Origin: Eledone cirrhosa
Lineage: Eukaryota
Direction: 5' to 3'
Assembly (NCBI GenBank): GCA_964016885.1
Contig: CAXHJY010000626.1
Span: forward strand, 1 to 64,000
Length of the DNA: 64,000 nucleotides
Positions 1 to 19,849 of the stretch are shown here, in pieces (position 1 is the stretch's first letter; each line of letters opens with the position of its first letter). The notes under the pieces were generated by a model. The model was given only the letters and a program-made list of their open reading frames with translations, searched no databases and was not told the DNA's origin. The position numbers and the translations under genes were made by a program.

Positions 1-280
1 GAAATCAAAGACTTGCTGTCTACAATTACTACTAAAGAAATAGCAGCCTAGTAAAGCAACATATTTGTTCTCAACGGACGGAGAAAAGGTAGAAATTAAT
101 ATGTCCAGGGATACTAGGTACCCCTAGAAATACATAGGTTGTCTATGATTCAGGGTTGTTCAATGGTGTTAATTTTGATACACCAGAACTTTAATATTAA
201 GATAAGCAGAACAAGTAAAATTCAATCAATTTTTCAAAATACATTAAAAAATATAATATAAATATTTACCTCTTCTAGTG

Positions 281-362
281 GCCCTTACTGATCAGTTTCG
301 CTTTGTAAAACCTCATAAATCCGATGGATTCATGATGGAAAACCAAAGCTCATCAGAGAAGC
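281..362 (-). ncRNA. Type I hammerhead ribozyme (satellite unit 1)
   Basis: Minus strand reads gcttct-CTGATGA-gctttg[gttttc-ca-tcatgaatcc-atc-ggatttatga-g-gtttta]caaagc-GAAA-ctgatcag-TA|agggc. Intact core, long stem II, palindromic stem III ACTGATCAGT, short G-U-rich stem I. Confidence 0.85.
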
Positions 363-764
363 ATTTTCCCTTCCTAGGGCAAAACGTCCCAGGAACGACA
401 AAATATACAACCTCCTGCCAGCTAATAAAGGTCTGAAAGGTCGTAAAAGTGACCCGTATGTAAACTGGACCGAAGTAAAAGCGGGAAAATCAAAGACTTG
501 CTGTCTACAATTACTACTAAAGAAATAGCAGCCTAGTAAAGCAACATATTTGTTCTCAACGGACGGAGAAAAAGTAGAAGTTAATATGTCCAGGGATACT
601 AGGTACCCCTAGAAATACATAGGTTGTCTATGATTCAGGGTTGTTCAATGGTGTTAATTTGATACACCAGAACTTTAATATTAAGATAAGCAGAACAAGT
701 AAAATTCAATCAATTTTTCAAAATACATTAAAAAATATAATATAAATATTTACCTCTTCTAGTG

Positions 765-846
765 GCCCTTACTGATCAGTTTCGCTTTGTAAAACCTCAT
801 AAATCCGATGGATTCATGATGGAAAACCAAAGCTCATCAGAGAAGC
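765..846 (-). ncRNA. Type I hammerhead ribozyme (satellite unit 2)
   Basis: Same motif as 281-362, 484 bp downstream. Confidence 0.85.
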
Positions 847-1249
847 AATTTTCCCTTCCTAGGGCAAAACGTCCCAGGAACGACAAAATATACAACCTCC
901 TGCCAGCTAATAAAGGTCTGAAAGGTCGTAAAAGTGACCCGTATGTAAACTGGACCGAAGTAAAAGCGGAAAATCAAAGACTTGCTGTCTACAATTACTA
1001 CTAAAGAAATAGCAGCCTAGTAAAGCAACATATTTGTTCTCAACGGACGGAGAAAAAGGTAGAAGTTAATATGTCCAGGGATACTAGGTACCCCTAGAAA
1101 TACATAGGTTGTCTATGATTCAGGGTTGTTCAATGGTGTTAATTTGATACACCAGAACTTTAATATTAAGATAAGCAGAACAAGTAAAATTCAATCAATT
1201 TTTCAAAATACATTAAAAAATATAATATAAATATTTACCTCTTCTAGTG

Positions 1250-1331
1250 GCCCTTACTGATCAGTTTCGCTTTGTAAAACCTCATAAATCCGATGGATTC
1301 ATGATGGAAAACCAAAGCTCATCAGAGAAGC
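1250..1331 (-). ncRNA. Type I hammerhead ribozyme (satellite unit 3)
   Basis: Same motif as 281-362, 485 bp after unit 2. Confidence 0.85.
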
Positions 1332-1644
1332 ATTTTCCCCTTCCTAGGGCAAAACGTCCAGGAACGACAAAATATACAACCTCCTGCCAGCTAATAAAGG
1401 TCTGAAAGGTCGTAAAAGTGACCCGTATGTAAACTGGACCGAAGTAAAAGCGGGAAAATCAAAGACTTGCTGTCTACAATTACTACTAAAGAATAGCAGC
1501 CTAGTAAAGCAACATATTTGTCTCAACGGACGGAGAAAAAGGTAGAAGTTAATATGTCCAGGGATACTAGGTACCCCTAGAAATACATAGGTTGTCTATG
1601 ATTCAGGGTTGTTCAATGGTGTTAATTTGATACACCAGAACTTT

Positions 1645-1832
1645 AATATTAAGATAAGCAGAACAAGTAAAATCAATCAATTTTTCAAAATACATTAAAA
1701 AATATAATATAAATATTTACCTCTTCTAGTGGCCCTTACTGATGCCACTAGAAGAGGTAAATATTTATATTATATTTTTTAATGTATTTTGAAAAATTGA
1801 TTGAATTTTACTTGTTCTGCTTATCTTAATAT
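1645..1832. repeat. Fold-back inverted repeat terminating the satellite
   Basis: 1744-1832 (gccactagaagaggtaaat...cttaatat) is the reverse complement of about 1645-1733, with a 10-nt spacer. Confidence 0.95.
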
Positions 1833-9242
<7,410 letters not shown>

Positions 9243-9455
9243 AAAGCTTCACGGCACAGGCATTGCTTTATATCTGGAGATCTCTCTGCACTTGTCGACA
9301 CTGTGTGTCAATAATTGTCACAAGTGTAGTGTTTGTTCCAGAGTTTTCAAGTCGCTGGCTGGACTAAAAAGTCACGCTTGTTCAGCGCATCGGTAGGGGT
9401 TCTCCTACATGGATATAAAGTAGTGGCCGTACTCGAAAACGAGTTGGCAGCCACC
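9243..9455 (+). mobile_element. 5'-truncated copy of a non-autonomous RTE-derived retroelement (same family as 42164-42781)
   Basis: Matches 42548-42781 with an internal deletion of about 21 bp. C2H2 remnant [22 protein letters not shown]. 3' end ctcgaaaacgagttggcagccacc runs into microsatellite. Confidence 0.8.
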
Positions 9456-9495
<40 letters not shown>

Positions 9496-10827
9496 TGTGT
9501 ATATATATATATATGCGTATATATGTATGCGTATATATATGTATGTATGTGTATATATATATATATGTATGTGTATATATATATATATGTGTATATATAT
9601 ATATATGCGTATATATATATATGTATGCGTATATATATATATGTATGCGTATATATATATATCTATGTATGTGTACATATATATATGTATGTATGTGTAC
9701 ATATATATATGTATGTATGTGTATATATATATGTATGTGTGTATATATATATGTATGTATGTGTATATATATATATGTATGTATGTGTATATATATATAT
9801 ATATGTATGTGTATATATATATATATATGTATGTGTGTATATATATATGTATGTATGTGTATATATATATGTATGTATGTGTATATATATATGTATGTAT
9901 GTGTATATATATATGTATGTATGTGTATATATATATGTATGTATGTGTGTATATATATATGTATGTGTATATATATATGTATGCGTATATATATATGTAT
10001 GCGTATATATATATATATATGTATGCGTATATATATATATGTATGTATGCGTATATATATATATGTATGTATGCGTATATATATATATGTATGTATGCGT
10101 ATATATATGTATGTATGCGTATATTTATATATGTATGTATGTGTATATATATATATATATGTATGTGTATATATATATATGTATGTATGTGTATATATAT
10201 ATATGTATGTATGTGTATATATATATATGTATGTATGTATGTGTATATATATATATGTATGTATGTATGTGTATATATATATATGTATGTATGTATGTGT
10301 ATATATATATATGTATGTATGTATGTGTATATATATATATGTATGTATGTATGTGTATATATATATATATATGTGTATATATATATATATGTGTATATAT
10401 ATATATATGTGTATATATATATATATATGTATGTATGTATGTGTATATATATATATATGTGTATATATATATGTGTATATATATATATGTGTATATATAT
10501 ATATATATGTGTATATATATATGTATGTGTATATATATATGTATGTGTATATATATATATATATGTATGTGTATATATATATGTATGTGTATATATGTAT
10601 GTATGTGTATATTTATATATGTATGTATGTATATTTATATATGTATGTGTGTATATTTATATATGTATGTGTGTATATTTATATACGTATGTATGTATAT
10701 ATATGTATATGTATGTATGTGTATATATATATATGTATGTATGTGTATATATATATATGTATGTGTATATATATATATGTATGTATGTGTATATATATAT
10801 ATGTATGTGTATATATATATATGTATG

Positions 10828-10904
<77 letters not shown>

Positions 10905-11149
10905 ATATATATATATATATGTATGTATGTGTATATATATATATGTATGTATGTGTATATATATATATGTATGTATGTGTATATATATGTATGTGTATAT
11001 ATATATATGTATGTATGTGTATATATATATATATGTATGTGTGTATATATATATATGTATGTGTATATATATATATATGTATGTGTATATATATATATAT
11101 ATGTATGTGTATATATATATATATATGTATGTGTATATATATATATATG

Positions 11150-11186
<37 letters not shown>

Positions 11187-11860
11187 ATATATATATATAT
11201 GTATGTATGTGTATATATATATATATATGTATGTATGTGTATATATATATATATATGTATGTATGTGTATATATATATATGTATGTATGTATGTGTATAT
11301 ATATATATATATGTATGTATGTGTATATATATATATATATGTATGTATGTGTATATATATATATATGTATGTGTATATATATATGTATGTATGTGTATGT
11401 ATATATATGTATGTATGTGTATATATATATATATGTATGTGTATATATATATATGTATGTATGTGTATATATATATATGTATGTATGTGTATATATATAT
11501 GTATGTATGTGTATATATATATGTATGTATGTATGTGTATATATATATGTATGTATGTGTATATATATATGTATGTATGTATGTGTATATATATGTATGT
11601 ATGTATGTGTATATATATGTATGTATGTATGTGTATATATATGTATGTATGTATGTGTATATATATGTATGTATGTATGTGTATATATATGTATGTATGT
11701 ATGTGTATATATATATATGTATGTATGTGTATATATATATATGTATGTTTGTGTATATATATATATGTATGTATGTGTATATATATATATATGTATGTAT
11801 GTGTATATATATGTATATGTATGTATGTGTATATATATGTATATGTATGTATATATATAG
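9456..11860. repeat. Compound (TA)n/(TATG)n/(TG) microsatellite
   Basis: 2.4 kb low-complexity array, richer in GTAT/GTGT than 1833-9242. Confidence 0.99.
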
Positions 11861-12137
11861 TACTAATGTATAAATCAATAAATTTTAAGATAGCGCTAGC
11901 TAGACTTCAGCATAATGTTTAATGTTAATTTCTATTTATTCATAATTCTATGTTGTTAGAAAATATAGTCTGATGTAAATCTAAAATAATTCATATCTAC
12001 GTGAGTTGATAACATAAATATTACTTTTCGTTCAACGGCAACTGCAGTGCACTGAACTGAACTGAAATTAACCAAAAGCCAATATTTTAAAATTCATAAT
12101 ACGCACAATAGACATTCTAACTCCCTCTCTCTTGTTT

Positions 12138-12145
<8 letters not shown>

Positions 12146-12216
<71 letters not shown>

Positions 12217-12218
12217 AT

Positions 12219-12292
<74 letters not shown>
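12146..12292. repeat. (CT)n microsatellite
   Basis: Direct observation. Confidence 0.97.
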
Positions 12293-12294
<2 letters not shown>

Positions 12295-13117
12295 CACACA
12301 CACACATAACCCTGCTCACGCAGACACGGACATATATACATACGTATAGTGTAAAGAGGTGTTTGCGAGTAGTGCATATTTCGATTCCTCGGATGCGCTT
12401 TTGTCCACTGTTTTCTGCTTCCAGGTTTAATTTACCAGATTTCCTCAACTATTATTTACAGGGATCGACTTTTATCATAGTTATGTCTAATGGGACCAAC
12501 GTCAAGTAAATCTTTCTTGGGGGGTTTGGACTACTATTTCTAGCATAGTGAACCATTCGTAGGCTCTTTAATTGATAAAGCGCCAGTATATTATGGCTAT
12601 GATTCTATGAAGTTTAGAAATGTTATATGAAGATACATATCAGTGCTGCTTGGTATAAAGTCAGGGCTCACGTAACTAGCTGTATATAATACTATAGTAT
12701 TCAGAAATAAGCAAATAATAACACGACCAAAATCACATTTTAAAACTAAAACGACAGCTAGCAAGCATCTTAAAGTCTTGGTGTTCACTGACGTCATACG
12801 AAGATCACAGAGAAGAAACTGTGTTATGATCAAAGACAACATTACAATACACTAGGCTTTCTCAATAAATATATAACAGGTAAGAATATTAATCTTCATG
12901 GAAACGGTAATTTACTTATTTTCTTCCAAGCCTCAAGGCTGTAGTATCGGCTTTGCGGTTGAGAAGTGCTGTACGCAATAAATATCGCCTCGGATTCAAT
13001 TCCACTCTATGGCATTCTAGACATATCTTTTAACATTATCGCAAATCGATCAATAACTTCTGTGTGAAATTTGGAAAGAGAGAAAATGTATGACACGCCA
13101 TAACTATAATTATATAG

Positions 13118-13696
13118 TTGGTTGAGGAATTCCTGTATTTGGGAGCAAAGATTGGGAATACGGAAGATGATGTGGTTGAGAGGAAGAGCAAGGCCTGGGC
13201 GGCGTGCCACAGCTTGAGATCGGTGTGGAAGTCGGACCTTCGTAGAGACCTGACAATCCGCCTCTTCATTGCTGTAGTGGAGTCTGTGCTGCTGTATGGG
13301 TCTGAGACTTGAACACTGACCAAGAAACTTACTCAGATGGTGGATGGGTGCTACACGAGAATGCTGAGGATGGCTCTGAACATTAATCAGTATACACTGA
13401 GGATGAAAAACTCAGAGCTGTATGGGAGCATCCCAAGAGTCAGCTCAAAAGTGACACAGAGGAGACTGAGGTTGGCTGGACATGCTCACCGACATCCAGA
13501 GTTGACATTGCACTCAGTGCTCCTGTGGGAGCCCCTACATGGACACACTAGAAGGGGAAGACCAAGGTTAACGTATGTTGATGCCCTAAGGACAGACACT
13601 GGTCTGTTGGAGATGCAGGACATGGCAGCGATAATGAGGGATAGAGACCGCTGGAGAGAACTCGTCCATGGATCTCGGGAATTTTACCCGCCTTAG
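13118..13696 (+). mobile_element. 5'-truncated RTE LINE 3' end (pseudogenised)
   Basis: Nearly identical to the C-terminal part of the 46261-48159 ORF (FLYLGAKIGNTEDD...GSREFYPP*). TGG>TGA stop at 13310. Stop codon is immediately followed by (AT)n. Confidence 0.95.
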
Positions 13697-13712
13697 ATAT
13701 ATATATATATAT

Positions 13713-13932
13713 ATATTTATTAAAATAACAGATTAAAGTTTAAGCAAAGAATCGCTGCTTTCACCCTTAAAGAGATCTTCAGAAGATCCCCTTAAGGGTG
13801 AAAGCAGAGATTCTTTGGTTAAACTTTAATCTGTTATTTAAATAAATATTTGCTCTACGGTTCTTATATATTTGATATATATTTATGCTTATCGAGCCCT
13901 CTTTGGATTTTAGTCTTCACATTTATTATTAT

Positions 13933-13935
<3 letters not shown>
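13713..13935 (+). mobile_element. Short HHR-type retroelement end with fold-back (arms 13713-13780 and 13782-13849)
   Basis: Arms of about 68 bp around a 1-nt centre. Minus strand reads CTGAAGA-tctct-ttaa-gggt-GAAA-gcagcgat-tc. Related pieces occur at 55837-55900. Confidence 0.6.
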
Positions 13936-13987
<52 letters not shown>

Positions 13988-14530
13988 TCTCTATATATAG
14001 TATAATGGCTCCTTTTGTTGAGCTAATTTTAATCCCATAAAAACGGCTGTATTTCTAGCAGCACGAGTATGTGATAGCTAGACGCTGAAAAACCATGTGC
14101 GTCAATCAGTTCTAAATATTTTGAGGTGAAACATACCAATTTTCTGGGTACTTGCTGATGAGAGCAGAAGATGGAATCTTTCACTTTTTCAATTATCGAA
14201 ACTTATTTGGGTTTTGAAGTTTAAACTTATCTACGGAACAGGTTTGGATTTTGAAATTTAAATTTGTCCAAGTACCACGGCCATTGCCAATATGGGTTTG
14301 TTTTTATTGATTTATTATTTTAAATCGAGACAGGCAAACTATATTAATCTAATTAGTATTTTTCAATCTAGCTAACTTGGTCATTTACAATGCAAACACC
14401 TATATGATTGTATTAGTGTTTATCATATATATTACTTTATATTAACTTGTATTTCGCGGCTCAGAAATACTTCTTTCTTTGAGCTAATTAATTGTAAAAG
14501 ACTGTTTGAGTTTATAACTATATATATATA

Positions 14531-14574
<44 letters not shown>

Positions 14575-14744
14575 ATATATATAAATATATAAACTCGAAA
14601 GAAGTAGGTGTAGAAGTTAAAACAGCTCAAAATACGATAATTTATTATAATAAACAGTAAAATATTCACTGTGAAGACGCATTTAGTAATACTTTAATAT
14701 GTATATATTCATATATATATATTCAATTAATTAAGGGTAGATAG

Positions 14745-14783
14745 TGAGACCTGTTACTCTGGAATCCAGAGTAACAGGACTCA
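14745..14783. repeat. 19-bp-arm hairpin (1 mismatch, 1-nt spacer)
   Basis: tgagacctgttactctgga-a-tccagagtaacaggactca. Confidence 0.85.
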
Positions 14784-14854
14784 TTACTTTAATAAAATGA
14801 AAATTAAAACTACGGTATTGAGTACTCTTTTCTATCAGCCGTCAAGCTCATACT

Positions 14855-14922
<68 letters not shown>

Positions 14923-15007
14923 AAAGCATTATTTTAATAATTCATAGATAGATAGATGTGTATATATAGATACCCACAAGTGTGTGTATATATATATATA
15001 TATATAT

Positions 15008-15043
15008 ATTTCGAAAAGCATTGGAAATGCGCAACCGTTAAAA
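15008..15043 (+). pseudogene. Decayed U3-A8 type hammerhead motif
   Basis: TCGAAAA-gcat-tggaa-atgc-GCAA-ccgt-TA-aaa. Same layout as the 24889 HHR with two core substitutions; abuts (TA)n. Confidence 0.5.
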
Positions 15044-15150
15044 CTAAAAGCCAAAACTGAATACTAACAAATACTATTACTAATTCTCACTTATTCCTAA
15101 TTAAACTATTTTTCACTGTGAACAATTTGTCACCATTTTCTATTCCGTTT

Positions 15151-15195
<45 letters not shown>

Positions 15196-15254
15196 CATGC
15201 ATACACTTTTATGTATTTGTTTTGTAAGTTTCTTAATGTGAAATCGTATATATA

Positions 15255-15297
<43 letters not shown>

Positions 15298-15309
15298 CAT
15301 ACATACATA

Positions 15310-15408
15310 CAGGGTATGGCCCCAAAATGTATACATACTTCAACACGATTCTAATAAGTATTGCCTGTACAGGTAATAAAAGTGTATACATTTGTTGGGG
15401 ACACCCTG
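15310..15408. mobile_element. About 100 bp Tc1/mariner-type MITE
   Basis: Imperfect TIRs cagggt...aaatgtataca / tgtatacattt...accctg, with TA on the left. A second, inverted copy lies at 46156-46250. Confidence 0.65.
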
Positions 15409-15477
15409 TGTATATATATATATATATGTGCGTGTGTATATACATAGACATCTGTATATATATATATGTATTAATAT

Positions 15478-15658
15478 AATTGTTTCTACTTTTGGCACAA
15501 GGCCAGCAAATACCCAGTGTATTACTGGTACTTTATTTTTTCGACCCCATAAGGATGAAAGGCAAAGTTAACCTCGTTGGGATTTGAACTCAGAATGGCA
15601 AGGGCCGTAACTCAATGCGTCAAAGCATGGCGTCCGACCCTCTTCCGATACTGGCAAT
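15478..15658 (-). mobile_element. tRNA-derived SINE, family A
   Basis: Reverse complement of 57265-57456; B-box-like GTTCAAATCC and core actttgcctttcatcct. Confidence 0.85.
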
Positions 15659-16443
15659 ATAATGATAGAAAAGACGATTCTCTAAATTCTGTCAGATTTC
15701 CATCAAATTACGTTTTGTAAATGTTGTAATATCAAATTGTCCATCTTTTCGCAAACATTGTCTCCATTTTGTGTGTATATTATATATATGCATATAATAT
15801 ATATATGCATTCATGTACGAATATTTGTATGGATGTATATAAATTCATACACACACACACACACATATATAGATGCACACACACGCATATATTTATATAT
15901 ATATGTGTGTGTATGGATGCAACTCTATATGTGTTTATATGCATCCATATAAGTATTCACACACATACATATATACACACTAATGCATGTATTTATTATA
16001 CACACATACACATACACAGATACACACACACACATATATATATGAATACAAGAAAAACCTGACAGTGATGTATATATGAATATAAGAGGTTGTTTTTGTT
16101 TCATAATTATTGCAATGATATATTTGTCACGTTCAAACATAGCATGTATATATAGATATATCGAATATTCTGGTAATACTAGCTACGTGATCCATAGAAT
16201 TATATGCCGGAAGGCTTAAGTTTTGAAAGTTAAAATAGACATGAAACATATGCATGGCAGAGACATGATGACACTGCTTTAAATCATATAAACATATATA
16301 CACACACTTGTGGGTATATATATATACACATCTATCTATCTATCTATCTATCAATATATATATGCATATCAGAATTAATATCAATAACGACTTACTGTAA
16401 AGATTTGAATTATTAAAATACACCAACCACATTATTCCCCATT

Positions 16444-16543
<100 letters not shown>

Positions 16544-16746
16544 CCCCCCCCCCCCAACCACCAACCAACCAAAGCGAAACAAGACTTGTCGGCTTATCTC
16601 CCCTGATTGCTGAGATCAAAGTAAGTGAATTTGTCACTACTTTAAAACAATAGCTTACGGTCTTCAAAATGCTTTTAATTAAGCATAAAGTGTATTGCAA
16701 AATACATTATATATACATCCATATATATATATATATATTAGTTACA

Positions 16747-16809
16747 ACAGCGACATATATAGGTACTTAAATTTCATTCGGTTATACATCACAACCTCTT
16801 CAGCCTGTT
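16747..16809 (-). pseudogene. Disrupted hammerhead motif
   Basis: aacagg-CTGAAGA-ggttgt-gatgt-ataacc-GAA[about 16-nt insertion]atatat-GTC-gctgtt; next to a (TA)n run. Confidence 0.5.
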
Positions 16810-16854
16810 ATATAAGAAGAAAATGTCGTTTCAGTTAGTTCTTGCGTGTGTATG

Positions 16855-16903
<49 letters not shown>

Positions 16904-17899
16904 CCAGTATATATACAGTATATATATATATATATATTTATTTACGTACGTATAGCACGGAATGCATGTGTATAAACACACACGCACCGTGTTATATTTT
17001 GACGGTATTGTGTTAGCTCAATCAATTGTATTAGCTTTATTAAGCTCTGATTATTCCTACCCAACGGTATGGATGAAACATTGTAAGCAAATAAAAACTG
17101 TTTGAGTATGTAAGCGTTCTTTGGTTTCTTTTATATATATATATATACGTGCGTGTGTTCAGTCTAAATAATACAAATCATATTTATAGAAGAAACTCAA
17201 TTTATCAAATATTTTTTACGGAAAGAATTCCATTACCACTTTAAAACATTCCCAAATGTTTTTTTACAGTATTTCCTGTTGTATAACTTTGTATTTCATC
17301 ATATTATATATTTATATTATATATTGACAATAGTTACATTTATCAATTGTCTTATCTTCGAATATATGTTTTTTTTTTACTTCAAAGACGTGCTGTGCAA
17401 AAATTAATGTTTAAAATATAACAGTGAACTCTATTGTTATATCTCTACTTTTTAAAGCGGATGAAGTGGCTTGTATTTTGGGGAAGCTAATAAAAAGGCT
17501 GTTTATGGAGAGAAAGGTTCCTAGTTCTGACACCATTTTTCTATATGTAATATTTTATTCAGAAATATACTATATTGGAGCCACCGCGAAGAGGCCACTT
17601 TCGGTTATTTGTCGAAGATTTCTTCATAAGAGCCTTTCTCCTTATAGCTTGGTCTAATTGATTTTTTATATGGTTAATTATGCTAATTAGAAGAAGAAAC
17701 GGTATATATTTTATCTAATGATTCTAAAGACATGATTTATGATATATATTTATATATATATGTTCGACGGTTGAGCTCACGCTATTTCGGCGGCATAACT
17801 CTCAATTTTTCTCTCTCTCTCTATCTATATATGTATATATCTCTCTCTATATATACACAGATACATGGGAGATGTTGTCACCCAGTATGATCTCAGCAA

Positions 17900-19032
17900 A
17901 ATCGCCCACGATACTTGTATCCGAGCAGCAGCCGAGAGGATATGCAACGTCAAGTTTGACGACATAGGGTGGCAACAGACCACTATACCTGTCAGGTATC
18001 GCGGCCTTGGCCTCCGGTCCCCGATTCCACTAGCTTTGCCTGCGTATCTTTCGTCGGCAACCCCGTGCCGCGTCCTCGTCAGCAGGGTTCTTCAAAACAC
18101 AACAGAACCCTCTGTTTTCAGAGAACGTAAGGCCGCCTGTGAGACGTGGGACCGGCTGGGACTTAGCCCAGTAGACGTCCTTCCTCCTTCTCCCCCTATT
18201 GACGTCAAGTCCCCCAACGCACTTGGGATGACATTCGGTGCAGCCTGGCCTCAGACAGGCTCACGCGGCAGTTCGACCAGCACGCGTTGCTTGTTTTCGT
18301 GCGGCCTCCAAACCCCACAGTGGTGCCTGGCTCCACTGGCACGCAGCTAGACAACCATGGCCTGCGAATCGTCGTTTCCCTGAGGCTCGGCCTCCGGATC
18401 TGCCACCCACACCAATGTCGCTGCGGTTCCACCGTGGACTCTTTCGGCCTCCACCCCCTTTCCTGTCACCACAGTGCCGGCTGCATTCCACGCCATGCTG
18501 CCCTCAACGAGGTCATTAAGCATGGCTTGGACGCTGCAGGCTTCCCTTCTCATCTCGAGCTAGTGGGGCTGGATCGAGGGGACGGCAAAAGGTCAGATGG
18601 CATGACCATCTTCCCGTTCCGCGGTGGCAAACCCCTCGTCTAGGATGCCACTTGTACCGACACTTTATGCAGCCGCAAGCTGGTGCAGTCTGCGACTGAC
18701 CCAGATTCTGCTGCACGTCGGGCTGAGGTGGCCAAACTCCTCAAATACCGGTCGATCTCCGACAGGTTTGCCGTCGTACCCCTGGAAGTGGAGACTTTTG
18801 GTGTCCTCGGCCCCAGGGCTACATCCTTACTCACGACCATAGGCGCTGAGCTGGCCAGCCGCAGGTGTGAGCCCCGCGAGTTGAAGTGGCTTTTCCAGTG
18901 CGTCTCACTTGCCGTCCTCCGGGGAAACGCCTTCTCCATTCTGTCCGCCGGGGCTGTGGGTGGGCCCCATCGCGTACCGTTGTAGTTGTTGTATACAGAT
19001 ATTAACTCATCAATCCCATTGTCCTAATAATT
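17900..19032 (+). mobile_element. 3' fragment of a CRE-like (R2-group, restriction-like endonuclease) non-LTR retrotransposon, with frameshifts and a stop
   Basis: Across frames: GLGLRSP (RT thumb), SGAWL, CRCGSTVDSFGLHPLSC (CCHC knuckle), RHAALN, GKRSDG (RPD-like), *DATC (WD), AEVAKLLKY, PLEVETFG, FQCVSLAVLRGNA. GC-rich; ends in (TA)n. Confidence 0.85.
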
Positions 19033-19371
19033 TATATATATATATATATATATTTAAATGTTTTAACTAAACGCATTCAGTTATTTTCTCGTTAAAAGAG
19101 TATGCATAGATACATATATATAAATTATTATGCAGTTTTAAGATAAAAGTTTGTTTGTATAGAACCTCAAGTAGATTTAGAACTTTCACACTTTATGAAT
19201 ATACCAGATTAATCTAATCTTTTTATTTCTGACCCACACAAATATCTACACGCACGCACGCACACCCACACACACACGCGCACCCACACGCACACACGCA
19301 CACGCACACGCACACGCACGCACGCACGCACGCGCGCACGCGCGCGGTTACGCAACAGTTAGTTCACCATA

Positions 19372-19411
19372 CCGAGAACAATTGTTTCACCTTAGCGGAT
19401 CTTCAGCTCGG
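19372..19411 (-). ncRNA. Minimal type I hammerhead ribozyme
   Basis: ccgag-CTGAAGA-tcc-gctaa-ggt-GAAA-caattg-TT|ctcgg. 5-bp stem I (extendable), palindromic stem III ACAATTGT, U.U at the base of stem II. Confidence 0.75.
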
Positions 19412-19849
19412 GATGCATTTAGATCGATATCCACATCTTTACCACCCCTACACACACACCACGCACATTTCATTATCAACCCCTGAGTGTTCGCAGTCTA
19501 TAACGAAATAATTCAATGAATAGACATTAATTCTTGGCGACAAAAAGCCTTCAGTCCTTTATTTTGATAATGGCTTACTAGGTCTTAAATTATACATATC
19601 TCTTTCTCTCTCTCCTCCACCTTTTTCTCTCTCTCTATCACACACACAAAAAAAAAAAAACCCAAACACCCAAACACTCACACGCATGCGCGTGGCATTA
19701 ATGTGTGGTTTAGAATTGCCTCTGAACCACATGATTCAGAGTTCCTGCTACTCGAGCATCAACTTTACGATGGCTAACTTCTTTCTACCATAGTCTCGTA
19801 TTCACTAATGCAATGTGAATAAAATATTTCAAATATACATATGTATACA

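Larger units (their letters stand above)
1..1743 (-). repeat. Tandem satellite, 484-485 bp unit, about 3.6 copies visible (continues past the window start); retrozyme-like, one hammerhead ribozyme per unit
   Basis: The motif AAATCAAAGACTTGCTG recurs at about 2, 487, 971 and 1456. Units are near-identical except for homopolymer indels. No credible ORF. Confidence 0.97.

Noticed and set aside
762-1004. 80-aa ORF in the satellite unit
   Set aside because: Not preserved in other units (indels), antisense to the ribozyme, and no recognisable motif.
11860-13100. Unique-looking sequence with possible splice donors (e.g. CAGGTAAG at about 12877)
   Set aside because: No ORF or homology support; small host exons cannot be excluded without RNA-seq.
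14156-14205. CTGATGA followed later by GAAA
   Set aside because: No convincing stem II or stem I; likewise for CTGANGA at about 22543, 39088, 43225, 50836, 54905 and 62328.
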